Shown in pieces: positions 11,614-21,338 of a stretch of 64,000 bases of DNA. Every line of letters begins with the position of its first letter. The first letter of the stretch is position 1. The DNA comes from a bacterium. Its GTDB lineage: Bacteria; Zhuqueibacterota; Zhuqueibacteria; Zhuqueibacterales; Zhuqueibacteraceae. The stretch covers positions 28,158 to 92,157 of the forward strand of contig JAKLJX010000022.1 in the NCBI GenBank assembly GCA_023150945.1, in the 5' to 3' direction. The notes under the pieces were generated by a model. It made no database searches. It saw nothing but the letters and a program-made list of their open reading frames with translations, and had not been told where the DNA came from. Both the position numbers and the translations under genes were made by a program.

Positions 11614-12654
11614 TCAAGATGCTGCGCCTGTGATCGACGCAACTGCGAGCGGCCGGCCGGCACGCAACGAGGCGGTGGCTGCCAGCGCCGCACGCAAGGC
11701 GGCGATCCCGTCAGCGATGCTGACCGGCGGCTGGCGGTCGTGACGCAGGTTGTCGACGAAATTCAGCAACTGGGAAGTGTACGCCGCGGCGAAGCGCTCC
11801 ATGAAGTAAGGCACGGTGTCGTGCGCGATGCTGTTTTTGGTCATCACCAGCAGCGGCGTTTCGCGCAAATAGCCGATACGCAGCGTGCCGCGCGTGCCGA
11901 GGATTTCCGTGGCAATGTCATAACCGTAGACGCCGTTGCGGCTCAAGTCGATGGCGCCCAGCCGGCCATCCGCGAAGATCAAACTGATGACGGCATTGTC
12001 GATATCGCCCACGCCTGCCATTTCGGGATATGCCAGCACGCCGCCGATAGCGTAGGTGGTTTCGATCTCACCCATGAACCAGCGCGCCAGATCGAGATCG
12101 TGAATGCCCATGTCAACGATCAGCCCGCCGCTGCTGCGCGGATCGGCGTACTCCAGGCTGGGGCGGAAGGGATCGCGGCTGGTGGCGCGAAACACCACCG
12201 GGGTGCCGATTTCGCCTTGATCAATCCTGGCCTTGGCCGCGAGGTAACCGCGGTCGAAGCGCCGCATGAATCCCATTTGAAAAAAGACGCCGCAGCGTTC
12301 GAGCGCATGTCTCATCTCTTCCGCCTCCGCCAGCGAGAGTGACAAGGGTTTCTCGCAAAAAATCGCCTTCTGGCGTTGCGCCGCGGCAATGACCAGCTCC
12401 CGGTGCGTGTGCGTGGGCGTGACGATCACCACCGCATCGATTTCCTTGTCTTCCAGCAACGCGTGAGGATCAGCATACCAGCGCGGCACCTCGAACGCCT
12501 CGGCCACCTGTTGCGCGGTTTCGCGGTTGAGGTCGGCCACAGCGAGCAGGCGCGCTGCCGGTGTGGCTTGGGCGAGATCGCGCGCGTAAACCCGGCCCAA
12601 TCGTCCCGCGCCGATCAAGCCGAGCTTGATTTTGGCTTTGGCATTTTCGGTCAT
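11614..12654 (-). CDS. iolG: Gfo/Idh/MocA oxidoreductase, myo-inositol 2-dehydrogenase-like
   Basis: GLIGAGRLG Rossmann motif, FCEKP, GFMRRFD, DMGIHDLD, RNGVYGYDIATEILG. Confidence 0.72.
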   Translation of the reverse strand: MTENAKAKIKLGLIGAGRLGRVYARDLAQATPAARLLAVADLNRETAQQVAEAFEVPRWYADPHALLEDKEIDAVVIVTPTHTHRELVIAAAQRQKAIFCEKPLSLSLAEAEEMRHALERCGVFFQMGFMRRFDRGYLAAKARIDQGEIGTPVVFRATSRDPFRPSLEYADPRSSGGLIVDMGIHDLDLARWFMGEIETTYAIGGVLAYPEMAGVGDIDNAVISLIFADGRLGAIDLSRNGVYGYDIATEILGTRGTLRIGYLRETPLLVMTKNSIAHDTVPYFMERFAAAYTSQLLNFVDNLRHDRQPPVSIADGIAALRAALAATASLRAGRPLAVASITGAAS

Positions 12655-12685
12655 GTTTGCGCCCTCGCTTGTCTGCGCGGCCGCC

Positions 12686-13627
12686 TTAATGCGGCAGTGC
12701 GGCTTTGGTGATCAACTCAATCTTCACCGGCACGTAGGCCGGCAACGTTTCTCCGCGCATGATTTTCACGGCGTGCTCGACCGCCAGGCGGCCCATCTCC
12801 GCGGGAAACTGCGCGACGGAAGCGGCCAAGGTGCCGGCGGCAATCGCAGTGCGGGCGTCCGCGACGGCGTCAAAGCCGAGGAGGGTGATCTGCCCGGTTT
12901 TACCTGCCGCCGCGATGGCCTCCATCGCGCCGAGCGCCATCATGTCGTTGCACGCGAACATCGCATCCAGAGCGGGATGCGCCTGCAGCAGATTTTGGCA
13001 AACACTGAAACCTTGATCGCGTTCCCAGTTCGCCGGCTGCGAGGCTACGATCGGCATGCCCGGCGCCTCCTGCAAGGCCTCGCGAAAACCGCGCAAGCGC
13101 GCCTCGCTGGTTTCGTGGCCGGGAATGCCTTCGAGAATCGCGACGCGGGCGCGGCCTTGCTTCAGCGCGATGAGATGCCGCCCGGCAACCAGGCCGCCAT
13201 CATAATTGTCCGAGCCGATGAAAGTGGCAACGGTGACGCCCGCGGCCGCCGCCGCCTCTTCATCCAAACGGGTGTCGACGATGATCACCGGAATGCCGGC
13301 GGCGTTGGCTTTGCCGATCGCCGGCACGATTTCACGCGAGCCGCTCGGCACCACGCAGATGACATCGACCTTGGTTTGAATGAGATTCTCGATGATCTGC
13401 ATTTGCTTTTCCACGTCGATTTCGCGTTCGGCGGCCTGCACGGTCAGGCGCACGCCCAATTGCCGGGCTGCGGCTTCCGCGCCTTCCTGCATGTCCATGA
13501 AGAAGGGATTGTTGAGCGTCTTCAGCACCAGCGCCACGCGCGGCCCGCCGGCGGCAGTTTGGCCGCTGTCGCGATTACAGGCCGCGAGCCCGAGAACGAC
13601 AAGCAGACACAGAACGGTTCTTCTCAT
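12686..13627 (-). CDS. Sugar ABC transporter substrate-binding lipoprotein (RbsB/LacI-type fold)
   Basis: Lipobox LAAC after MRRTVLCLLVV (start placed at 13627); TLNNPFF, IGSDNYDGG, NDMMALGA, GFDA. Confidence 0.88.
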   Translation of the reverse strand: MRRTVLCLLVVLGLAACNRDSGQTAAGGPRVALVLKTLNNPFFMDMQEGAEAAARQLGVRLTVQAAEREIDVEKQMQIIENLIQTKVDVICVVPSGSREIVPAIGKANAAGIPVIIVDTRLDEEAAAAAGVTVATFIGSDNYDGGLVAGRHLIALKQGRARVAILEGIPGHETSEARLRGFREALQEAPGMPIVASQPANWERDQGFSVCQNLLQAHPALDAMFACNDMMALGAMEAIAAAGKTGQITLLGFDAVADARTAIAAGTLAASVAQFPAEMGRLAVEHAVKIMRGETLPAYVPVKIELITKAALPH

Positions 13628-13696
13628 GATGACTCCTCGATTGGTCGAACATGATGGATTTCCCGCGGCGGGGCGGGTCTGCAAGCTTCGCGCAGT

Positions 13697-14650
13697 TCAT
13701 TTTTGTGATGATTTCAAACCGGCATCGATCAACACCGCGATGATGATCACGGCGCCGATGATGATTTGCTGCAGGAATGAGGAAACGCCCAGCAGATTCA
13801 ATCCGTTGCGCAGCACGCCCATGATGAACGCGCCGACGAGCGTGCCCAGCAGCGAGCCTTGGCCGCCCATCAAACTGGTGCCGCCGATGACCGTGGCGGC
13901 AATGGCGTCCAACTCATACATTATGCCGGCAATCGGTTGGGCGGAATTCAGGCGCGCGGTCAACACGACGGCGGCCAGCGCGCTGGTCACACCGCAGAGG
14001 CCATAGACCAGGGTTTTGTGCAGGCGCACATTCACGCCGGACAGCCGCGTAGCCTGCTCGTTGCCGCCCATGGCGTAGGTGTAGCGGCCGAACTTCGTGC
14101 GCGCAAGCAGGAAACTACCGGCAGCGTAGACGCAAATCATGATGATCACCGGCACCGGCACCCACAAGATTTCGGCGGTGGCGATTTGCCGGAACTCGGG
14201 CGCAAAACCCGAGATCGGCCGGCCCTCGGCATACACCAGCGCCGCGCCGCGCGCGACACTCATCATGCCGAGCGTGGCGATGAACGGTGGCAGTTTTCCC
14301 AGCGTGACGAGTAGTCCGTTGAGCAGGCCGCATACCCAACCCGCCGCCAGTCCCGCGCACACGGCGAGGGGAATCGGCAGTCCGGCTTGCAGTCCGCTCG
14401 CCAGCACCACGCCGGCAAACGCCACGATCGAGCCTACGGAAAGATCGATACCTGCGGAGATGATCACGAACGTCATGCCGACCGCGATGATGGCATTGAT
14501 CGCAGTCTGCTGCGCGATATTAAGCAGATTGGCAACGGTGAGAAAATGCGGGGTGAGCAGCCACAAGCTCAGGCAGAGGGCCAGCAGACCCAGCAGCGTT
14601 CCCAGTTGCCGGCCGTGAGGTGTGAAAATCTTACTATCTGCCATGATCAC
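13697..14650 (-). CDS. Sugar ABC transporter permease (RbsC family)
   Basis: GIDLSVGS, PPFIATLG, GRYTYAMGGNEQA, YELDAIAATVIGGTSLMGG; start at 14650 or 14644. Confidence 0.9.
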   Translation of the reverse strand: MIMADSKIFTPHGRQLGTLLGLLALCLSLWLLTPHFLTVANLLNIAQQTAINAIIAVGMTFVIISAGIDLSVGSIVAFAGVVLASGLQAGLPIPLAVCAGLAAGWVCGLLNGLLVTLGKLPPFIATLGMMSVARGAALVYAEGRPISGFAPEFRQIATAEILWVPVPVIIMICVYAAGSFLLARTKFGRYTYAMGGNEQATRLSGVNVRLHKTLVYGLCGVTSALAAVVLTARLNSAQPIAGIMYELDAIAATVIGGTSLMGGQGSLLGTLVGAFIMGVLRNGLNLLGVSSFLQQIIIGAVIIIAVLIDAGLKSSQK

Positions 14651-14708
14651 CGAAAGGTGGTTGTTTGCGCGGCACGCGCAAATTGTCTGCGGTTGGCGGC
14701 ATTCCCGG

Positions 14709-16217
14709 TCACGGCTGGCTGCCGGCCGGATGCCCGAGTGCGGCGTTCAAGATTTTTTCCTGGGTGGCGGAGCCGGCGGCGAACTCGGCCGTGAGGCGAC
14801 CCTGATGCATCACCAGAATGCGGTCGCTCATGCCGAGAATCTCCGGCAGCTCGGAGGAGATCATGATGATACCTGCGCCGCGTGCCGTGAGGCGGTTCAT
14901 CAACTGATAGATCTCGACCTTGGCGGCGACGTCGATGCCGCGCGTCGGCTCATCGAAGATGAAAATCTCCGCCTCGCCCGCCAGCCATTTGCTCAGCACG
15001 ACCTTTTGCTGATTGCCGCCGCTGAGATACATCACCTTCTGCCAGAGGCCGGGCGTTTTGATGCGCAGCTCAGCCACGAAACGCCGGGCGAGTGCCGTCT
15101 CTGCTTTGCGATTCACCACGCCCAGCCGCGCCAGCCGACCCAAATTCGGCAGGCTCAGATTTTCCTGCAGAGAAAGAATCGGCACCAGCCCCTGAGCCTG
15201 GCGGTCTTCGGTGAGATAGCCCAGCCCCAGCTTGATGGCGGCCGCCGGTGAGTTTATGCGCACCGGCCGGCCTTTGATCCAAATCGTGCCGGCAGTGCTG
15301 GCCTCGACGCCGAAGAGCACACGGGCCAGCTCCGTGCGGCCCGCGCCCAGCAATCCCGCCATACCCAGCACCTCTCCCCGCCGCAGAGAGAAGGAGAGAT
15401 CGCGCAAGACGCGGCCGCGGCTGAGCTGTTCCACGCGCAGCAGCTCCTCGCCGGCCGGCACTTTTTGCCTGGGGAAATATTCCGCCAGCTCGCGATTGGC
15501 CATCAAGCGCACCAATTGCGCCGGTGTGACTGCGGCGATGTTTTCCGTGGCGACGTGCCGGCCGTCGCGCAGGACGGTGACACGATCACCGACCTCGAAC
15601 AATTCGGCGAGACGATGGGAAATGTAGATGATGGCGACGCCTTTCGCCTGCAGCCGGCGGATCACCGCGAACAGCTCTTGAATCTCCCGGTCCGTCAATG
15701 CCGAAGTCGGCTCGTCCATGATCAACACCTTCGCCTCGACTGACAGCGCTTTGGCGATTTCCACCATCTGTTGCTGCGCCACGCCGAGCCGGCGCACCGG
15801 TGTGCCGGGATCGAGATCGACACCCAACTCGCGCAGCAGACGAGAAGCTTCTGCATGGATTTGCTTGTGCGCAATGAGGCCGGCAAAACCCGCCGGTTCA
15901 TGGCCGAGGAAAATATTCTCCCCGGCGGACAACTCGGGAATGAGATTGAACTCCTGATAGATGATGCTGATGCCGAGTTCGCGGCTGTGCTTGGGATTTT
16001 TGATTTCCACCGGCCCGCCGGCGAGCATGATTTCGCCAGCGTCCTTGCGGTAGGCACCGCTGAGAATTTTCATCAGCGTGGATTTGCCGGCGCCGTTTTC
16101 GCCCAGCAGCACGTGAACTTCACCGGTCGCGACTTCGAGATCGACGCCGGCGAGCGCCACCACACCCGGGAAGCTCTTGCGAATGCCGCGCATGGTGAGG
16201 ACGATATCGTTGGGCAT
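14709..16217 (-). CDS. Sugar ABC transporter ATP-binding protein with two ABC domains (RbsA family)
   Basis: GENGAGKSTL Walker A, MDEPT, YISHRL, LSGGNQQKV, FDEPTRGID. Confidence 0.92.
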   Translation of the reverse strand: MPNDIVLTMRGIRKSFPGVVALAGVDLEVATGEVHVLLGENGAGKSTLMKILSGAYRKDAGEIMLAGGPVEIKNPKHSRELGISIIYQEFNLIPELSAGENIFLGHEPAGFAGLIAHKQIHAEASRLLRELGVDLDPGTPVRRLGVAQQQMVEIAKALSVEAKVLIMDEPTSALTDREIQELFAVIRRLQAKGVAIIYISHRLAELFEVGDRVTVLRDGRHVATENIAAVTPAQLVRLMANRELAEYFPRQKVPAGEELLRVEQLSRGRVLRDLSFSLRRGEVLGMAGLLGAGRTELARVLFGVEASTAGTIWIKGRPVRINSPAAAIKLGLGYLTEDRQAQGLVPILSLQENLSLPNLGRLARLGVVNRKAETALARRFVAELRIKTPGLWQKVMYLSGGNQQKVVLSKWLAGEAEIFIFDEPTRGIDVAAKVEIYQLMNRLTARGAGIIMISSELPEILGMSDRILVMHQGRLTAEFAAGSATQEKILNAALGHPAGSQP

Positions 16218-16299
16218 GACGGGGGTTCTCGGACACTGCCTTCATGATTTGCAGCGAGGCGGTGGTTGCGGCCAAGCATAGACACGAAATGCTACAATG

Positions 16300-17331
16300 T
16301 CAAGTGCCGTTTTGGTTGGAGGAAGGGGAGGAGGGTGCGTCGCCAGCAATCGGCAGGCGCGGAAGCGCATGGCCTCCATCCGATGCGGAGGTTGGTGCTG
16401 GGCGCTGTCTTTGGGGCTCGTGCTCATGACAGGGAAAGCCGCTGATCTCCGCGGCGATCTTGAGATAGGCATTCTTGATGGCAAGTTCGTAGTTTCTTTT
16501 CTCCCGCCAGGTGCCCCGCTTCCACCAGTGCGCCGCTGCCACGCCGTTGAGGTGCCACCATCCCATTTGATTCACATGATCAGCCGGCACTGGGAAATCA
16601 CGCTGAACGATCAATTTGGTGGTGCCGTCATCTGCAACCAGGCGATCCTGCCAGCGCTGCGAGGTGACTGCGACCAGGCCATCATTGTCACCTTCTCTGG
16701 CATAGGTAATTTGCCAGGTCTTTTGAAACGGAAAGAAAGTCAACTCGCGCCGCTGCCAGCCGGCATAGGTTTGATAGATGACGGAATTGCTCGCTTCGGC
16801 ATTGCGCGCGCTGGCGTTGAACTCCCGGCAGGCGGCGGTGGTGAGGCTCTGAAAGCCCTCGAGATTGATGACCTTGCGCAGCGACTCGATGATTCTGGTG
16901 AGGCCGAATTCCAGGAACCAATCGGCCACACTGGCGCCCAAGTGCGGCGTGCCCAACGTGGTGAGGGAAGCGACCTGATCGGCCATGCCGTGCTGCACGA
17001 TCATGTGGCGGGCATCCAGGCCGCCCATGCTGTGGCCGATGAGATGAACTTTGGGCTGGCCGGTCTCCGCCAGGATTTTGCGAACCTGCGCTGCCAGCTC
17101 ACGCGCCCGGGTGTCGACGTCAGCGGCAAAGCTCACGCTGGTGGCGAAAACCTCATAGCCGTGCCGGCGCAAGTGGCTGGCAATGCCTTTGAAATAGTGC
17201 AGGCGATCCGCCACCCGGCTGTCTTCATGCAGATTCAGCTTGCGGATGATGAAGTCGATGAGATAATCCGGACGGGTGATGCCGTGTGCCAGAATGATCG
17301 GATAACCGTGCTTCCCATTCATGAGGCCCAA
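16300..17331 (-). CDS. Alpha/beta-hydrolase lipase/esterase with no signal peptide
   Basis: PIILAHG, GHSMGG nucleophile elbow, TLGTPHLG, DNDGLV (Asp), ADHVNQMG (His). Confidence 0.85.
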   Translation of the reverse strand: MGLMNGKHGYPIILAHGITRPDYLIDFIIRKLNLHEDSRVADRLHYFKGIASHLRRHGYEVFATSVSFAADVDTRARELAAQVRKILAETGQPKVHLIGHSMGGLDARHMIVQHGMADQVASLTTLGTPHLGASVADWFLEFGLTRIIESLRKVINLEGFQSLTTAACREFNASARNAEASNSVIYQTYAGWQRRELTFFPFQKTWQITYAREGDNDGLVAVTSQRWQDRLVADDGTTKLIVQRDFPVPADHVNQMGWWHLNGVAAAHWWKRGTWREKRNYELAIKNAYLKIAAEISGFPCHEHEPQRQRPAPTSASDGGHALPRLPIAGDAPSSPSSNQNGT

Positions 17332-17543
17332 CCCGGACGAATCGAAACCGCAGCGTCGCAGAGAAGGCGGAGAACGTCGCTTTTGGAGGTGACCAATCTG
17401 CGATCACGAGGATTCCGCGGTTCAACTGTCTGCTTGGTGGATAGAAATCTCTCGGAGTTTTGTTCAGAGCCTGAAACGCAAAACGCGATGATTGCCTGGA
17501 GCACTTTGCAGGTGCCGGAGCCGGTCATGCGCAATGGCTGGCG

Positions 17544-19283
17544 TCATTTGCCAAAGAAAAAGAAGATCACACTCGAAGCAAACAGGCCGATCCACAAGAA
17601 GGGCGGAGCGCCCTGCACGAAAGCCACCACGCCGCCGATGATGCACGAGCCTGCCATCAAGCCGCTGCGCAAGCCGCGCAACGGGTTTTCCTGGCGCGGC
17701 GCGTTGAAGATTTGTTGCAGATAGCGCGAAGTTTCCGCGATGAACTCCGGTGCGCGCACCAGCGCATCGACCAATTCCGGCATGCCGCTGAAAAACTGCT
17801 GCAGCAGCCGCACGGGGTCATAGTGTTCGTTGTAAATGGCGTGCACGTGGCGCCGCGACAACGCCGGCACGTCGAGATGGGGATCCAACTGCAAGCCCAC
17901 GCCCTCAAACGTCACCAGCGCCTTCACCATTAATGTCATTTCCACCGGGAAGAAAATGCGAAACCTGCCACCGAGGCGCAGCGATTCGAGGATGAGCTGC
18001 GCCAGGCTCAGGCTGCCATCGGAGGCATGCAGCAAGTAGCGCCGGGACAAGTCAGTCACCGCGCGCCGGAAGCCGGTGGGGTCACCGCCTTCGCCCGGGC
18101 GCGCCATGGCCATCAAGTAGCGCGCCGAGCCGGTGATGTCGCCGTTAACCAGAGCGTGGAAGTAGTACAGCATGCTGAGCTTCATCTTCTCGTCGAATCG
18201 CCCGACCATGCCGAGGTCGATGAATCCGACTTTGGGGCCGGGCAGCACGATGAGATTGCCGGGATGCAAATCAGCGTGAAAAAAGCCGTCGGCATAAAGC
18301 ATCTTGATGATGGCGCCGGCGCCCAGATCGATGATGCGTTGCAGATCTTCCTGGCTCAGTTCCTGCACCTTGGGATCGCCGGGCTTCAGGCCATCGAGAT
18401 AATCCATGCACAGCACGTCGCGCGAGCTTAGCCAGTGATGAATTCTGGGGAAGACCACGTCGGGGTGGCGGGCAAAATTGGCGGCAAAAATTTCGGCATG
18501 ATCGGCCTCATATTTCAGGTCGATTTCTCTTTCGGTGTAGGCGCAAAACTCGTTGATGATCATTTGGGGCTGGTAGCGCGGCAGCAGCCATTCCAGGAGA
18601 TGGGCAAACAATTGCAGCAGCTTGATGTCAGCCAGGATGGCCTCGCGAATGCCGGGCTTGATCACTTTGATGACGACGGTCTCGCCGGTGATGGTCTGTG
18701 CCAGATGGGTTTGCGCAATGGAAGCGGAGCCGATGGCTTGCGGTTCGAGGTGCGTGAACAGCTCGGTCAGCGGGCGGCCCAGGCTGGCGGCAATGATTTC
18801 CGCGATGGCTTCGAACTTGACCTCGGGCACGCGGTCCAGCAGTTGTTTGAGCTCATCGGTGATTTCACGCGGCAGGAGGTCTTCGCGGATGGCCATGATC
18901 TGGCCGAGCTTGATGTAGGTCGGCCCCAGCAGCTCCAACCGCCGGCGCAATTGCACGGGCCAGGGCTGGTCGCGCAGTTCTTTGAGAACGAAGGGCCGCA
19001 CCAGTAGCGCCAGAAAACGGGAGCCGGCGGAATGCAGATACTTGCGTTTGTCGGCAGGGAGGCGCTGCACCGCGGCGAGATGGCTGCCCATGAGCAGGCC
19101 GAACAAATGGCGCAGGAGCAGGAAAAAACGGCGCCCGACCCGCGGCCGGAAAACCGGCGGTGCTGAGGCCGTGGCGTGGAGGTGATACTTGTGGTTGGTG
19201 GCAGGCTGAAACACCTGCACGCGTGCCGCCAGCGGGGGGGAGGCCTCCGCCGCCGGCGCGGGCATGGCTGTGGCTCTTTCCAT
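17544..19283 (-). CDS. ABC1/AarF/UbiB-family atypical kinase with C-terminal transmembrane hairpin
   Basis: GPTYIKLGQ, GSASIAQTH, IKVIKP, FFHADLHPGN, IDLGMVG. Confidence 0.9.
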   Translation of the reverse strand: MERATAMPAPAAEASPPLAARVQVFQPATNHKYHLHATASAPPVFRPRVGRRFFLLLRHLFGLLMGSHLAAVQRLPADKRKYLHSAGSRFLALLVRPFVLKELRDQPWPVQLRRRLELLGPTYIKLGQIMAIREDLLPREITDELKQLLDRVPEVKFEAIAEIIAASLGRPLTELFTHLEPQAIGSASIAQTHLAQTITGETVVIKVIKPGIREAILADIKLLQLFAHLLEWLLPRYQPQMIINEFCAYTEREIDLKYEADHAEIFAANFARHPDVVFPRIHHWLSSRDVLCMDYLDGLKPGDPKVQELSQEDLQRIIDLGAGAIIKMLYADGFFHADLHPGNLIVLPGPKVGFIDLGMVGRFDEKMKLSMLYYFHALVNGDITGSARYLMAMARPGEGGDPTGFRRAVTDLSRRYLLHASDGSLSLAQLILESLRLGGRFRIFFPVEMTLMVKALVTFEGVGLQLDPHLDVPALSRRHVHAIYNEHYDPVRLLQQFFSGMPELVDALVRAPEFIAETSRYLQQIFNAPRQENPLRGLRSGLMAGSCIIGGVVAFVQGAPPFLWIGLFASSVIFFFFGK

Positions 19284-19302
19284 GATGCCTGGGTTTCGTA
19301 AA

Positions 19303-19339
19303 ACAGAAAAAGCTGTCGAACTGCGACAGCTTTTTCTGT
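19303..19339 (-). terminator. Strong hairpin with U-tract between the phasin and ABC1 kinase genes
   Basis: acagaaaaagctgtcg-aactg-cgacagctttttctgt: 16-bp perfect inverted repeat; T-run follows the GC core on both strands. Confidence 0.75.
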
Positions 19340-19496
19340 AAATCTCCGGCGCCTAGGCAATCACACTTGTCTGCCTGTCCGAAATTGATGACCGGCCGCG
19401 CCTGGATCAGCGCAAATGAACCATATGTAATCCCGTGAATCTCACATCATAACCGGCCGGTCAGCAGATCAAACTTTCGGACCTTCACATCAAACA

Positions 19497-19982
19497 TCAC
19501 ATGGCTTTGGCCTTGGGACCGGTTTTTGTAGCCTCCTCCAATCTTTGCACCAGCGCCGCCACGCTTTCCGTGAGCTTGTCGACTTTCTCGGAGAGGATCT
19601 TCACCTCGTCACGGGCAGCTTCGGCCGGCCGCTCCGCCGGGCCGATGACTTTCTTCCGCACGAATTCGGCGGCGTCATCCAGCCGGGCAAAAACGTCGTG
19701 GGTGAATTGCTCCACCTTTTCGCTGACATAGGTGGGCGCCGGCTCGCCGTTGGTCTTCATGGTTTTGCCGTTTTTCTCCACCATCTCCCGGCCGCGCTCG
19801 ACGAACCGGTTGAACAGCTTGGTGCCTTCCTTGTCGATCGTGGAGAATACGCCCAAGCCCGCCAGCCAAATCTCACGCGAGGTCTTGGAGATGCCCTCTT
19901 GCAGCACCTGCAAGGTGCCCTTCGCGTCTTCCACCATTTGTTCGACGGATTTGTGCTCCATCGTCTCTTTTTCGTGAGTCAT
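19497..19982 (-). CDS. Phasin-family (PhaF/PhaI-like) granule-associated protein
   Basis: SREIWLAGLGVF...EGTKLFNRFVERG and C-terminal coiled coil RDEVKILSEKVDKL; SD AAGGAG before ATG at 19982. Confidence 0.82.
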   Translation of the reverse strand: MTHEKETMEHKSVEQMVEDAKGTLQVLQEGISKTSREIWLAGLGVFSTIDKEGTKLFNRFVERGREMVEKNGKTMKTNGEPAPTYVSEKVEQFTHDVFARLDDAAEFVRKKVIGPAERPAEAARDEVKILSEKVDKLTESVAALVQRLEEATKTGPKAKAM

Positions 19983-20369
19983 AATGCACTCCTTTCGAGA
20001 GCTTGCCTCTCGGTTGAATCGCACGTCTCCTGAAAGCGGGTTCGTGGCTTTCTCCTGAATGCCGGCTGCGACACTTAAGCTCTGCGAATACGGAGGCACC
20101 GAAAAGACCGTCCGGACGGCTCTAAACTGACTTCCACTAAAACTTACACGATTGGGCTTGTTGGGACTTGCACATTCCCGCCCGGACGGTTATTCCATCT
20201 TCCATCTTCCTCACAACACGGTGTCTGCCAGGAAACCGCGCCGAAGGCATGCAATTCAAACAACAATCAAATTTGCAATACTCAGGCCACCATTTCCAGC
20301 AGTGGCGCCTCCAATTATTCTGGATTTATCTCATTAAATTCGGTCAAAATTTGCCAGCTTTTCGCAAGG

Positions 20370-20876
20370 TTAGGAATTCTTCCCTTCTCTTTTCTCATCC
20401 TTGCTGCTGGACGCAGGCGGCGGAGGGGGCGCATCGCCAACGCTCTCTGCGCCGGCCTCACCAGTCGCAGGCTGACTCGCCAGCGCGCGAATAATCCTCT
20501 CCAAAGATTCAACCCGACGCTGCAATTGCCGGAGATCCTCGGCGTGGTCGCTGCTGAACAGCTTGTTGATGGCGCCCGGCATCAGAGCGCCAATGCCGTG
20601 GCGCACCTGTTCCAGCCCGCCGTCGATGAGGTTGCTGCCGACCCGGATCAAATCATGCAACAGATCCGTGGTGAGCGGATTGCGGCCTCTTTTCCCTTCT
20701 TCGAGAATCACCTGGGTGAGGGTTTGGGTGGTGATGTCCTCGCCGCTGCTGTTTTCCACCACCTGAACATCGACACCCTTGCGAATCAAGCTGGCGATTT
20801 CTTCGAGAGAAATATACCGGCGCTCCTCGGTGTCATAGAGCTTGCGGTTTTCGTAGCGTTTGATGAGGCGATTCAT
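20370..20876 (-). CDS. phaR: PhaR-like DNA-binding regulator (PHB accumulation regulator N-terminal domain)
   Basis: IKRYENRKLYDTEERRYISLEEIASLIRKG...GEDITTQTLTQVILEE matches the PhaR N-terminal signature. Confidence 0.82.
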   Translation of the reverse strand: MNRLIKRYENRKLYDTEERRYISLEEIASLIRKGVDVQVVENSSGEDITTQTLTQVILEEGKRGRNPLTTDLLHDLIRVGSNLIDGGLEQVRHGIGALMPGAINKLFSSDHAEDLRQLQRRVESLERIIRALASQPATGEAGAESVGDAPPPPPASSSKDEKREGKNS

Positions 20877-20889
20877 ATTCTGGCTCGAA

Positions 20890-20996
20890 TATAACACACC
20901 GCGTTATAAAAGTCAAGGCGAATTTGACGCAATGCGTAACAAATAGAACGAACCACAGCGTACTGAACCACAGAAAATCTATTAATAAAAATAGAT
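20890..20996. promoter_or_regulatory. AT-rich divergent promoter region with inverted and direct repeats (candidate operators)
   Basis: TATAAC-N7-GTTATA (20890-20908), ACGCA-A-TGCGT (20927-20937), GAACCACAG x2 (20950, 20965), ATCTATT-N6-AATAGAT (20977-20996). Confidence 0.5.
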
Positions 20997-21338
20997 ATTA
21001 GTGAATGTGCGATGATTTCAGTTTCCTTATCCTTGCCGCATCGCGTTAGAGAAAACGCCAAAAGATGACGCAACATGTAATGAGAATTGCCTGCAGTGCT
21101 CCTGCATCGTTTCAGCATTCGTGCGCCGGTGCGCAGGGCGGCATTTGGCGACACCTGTGGTCTCGGCGCGGCCGACTGTGACACCCCAAGTTTTCAGAAT
21201 TGCGAAAAATGACAATTCCCGCGAGGCCGGTTCCCGTCACGCCGCCAATAAAATCAAACAAAGCTGAAAGCGATCATCGGCGTGATTGTTGCACAAGCAC
21301 CGGCCAGAAGCATTTGCTCTGTCGGCAAGGAGGCGCGG

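Noticed and set aside
12686-16217. Naming the ABC transporter rbsABC
   Set aside because: No ribokinase or rbsD; the linked IolG-like gene points elsewhere and the family is polyspecific.
17544-19283. Calling the ABC1 kinase ubiB (ubiquinone biosynthesis)
   Set aside because: No ubi genes are adjacent and the context is phasin/lipase, so the symbol is withheld.
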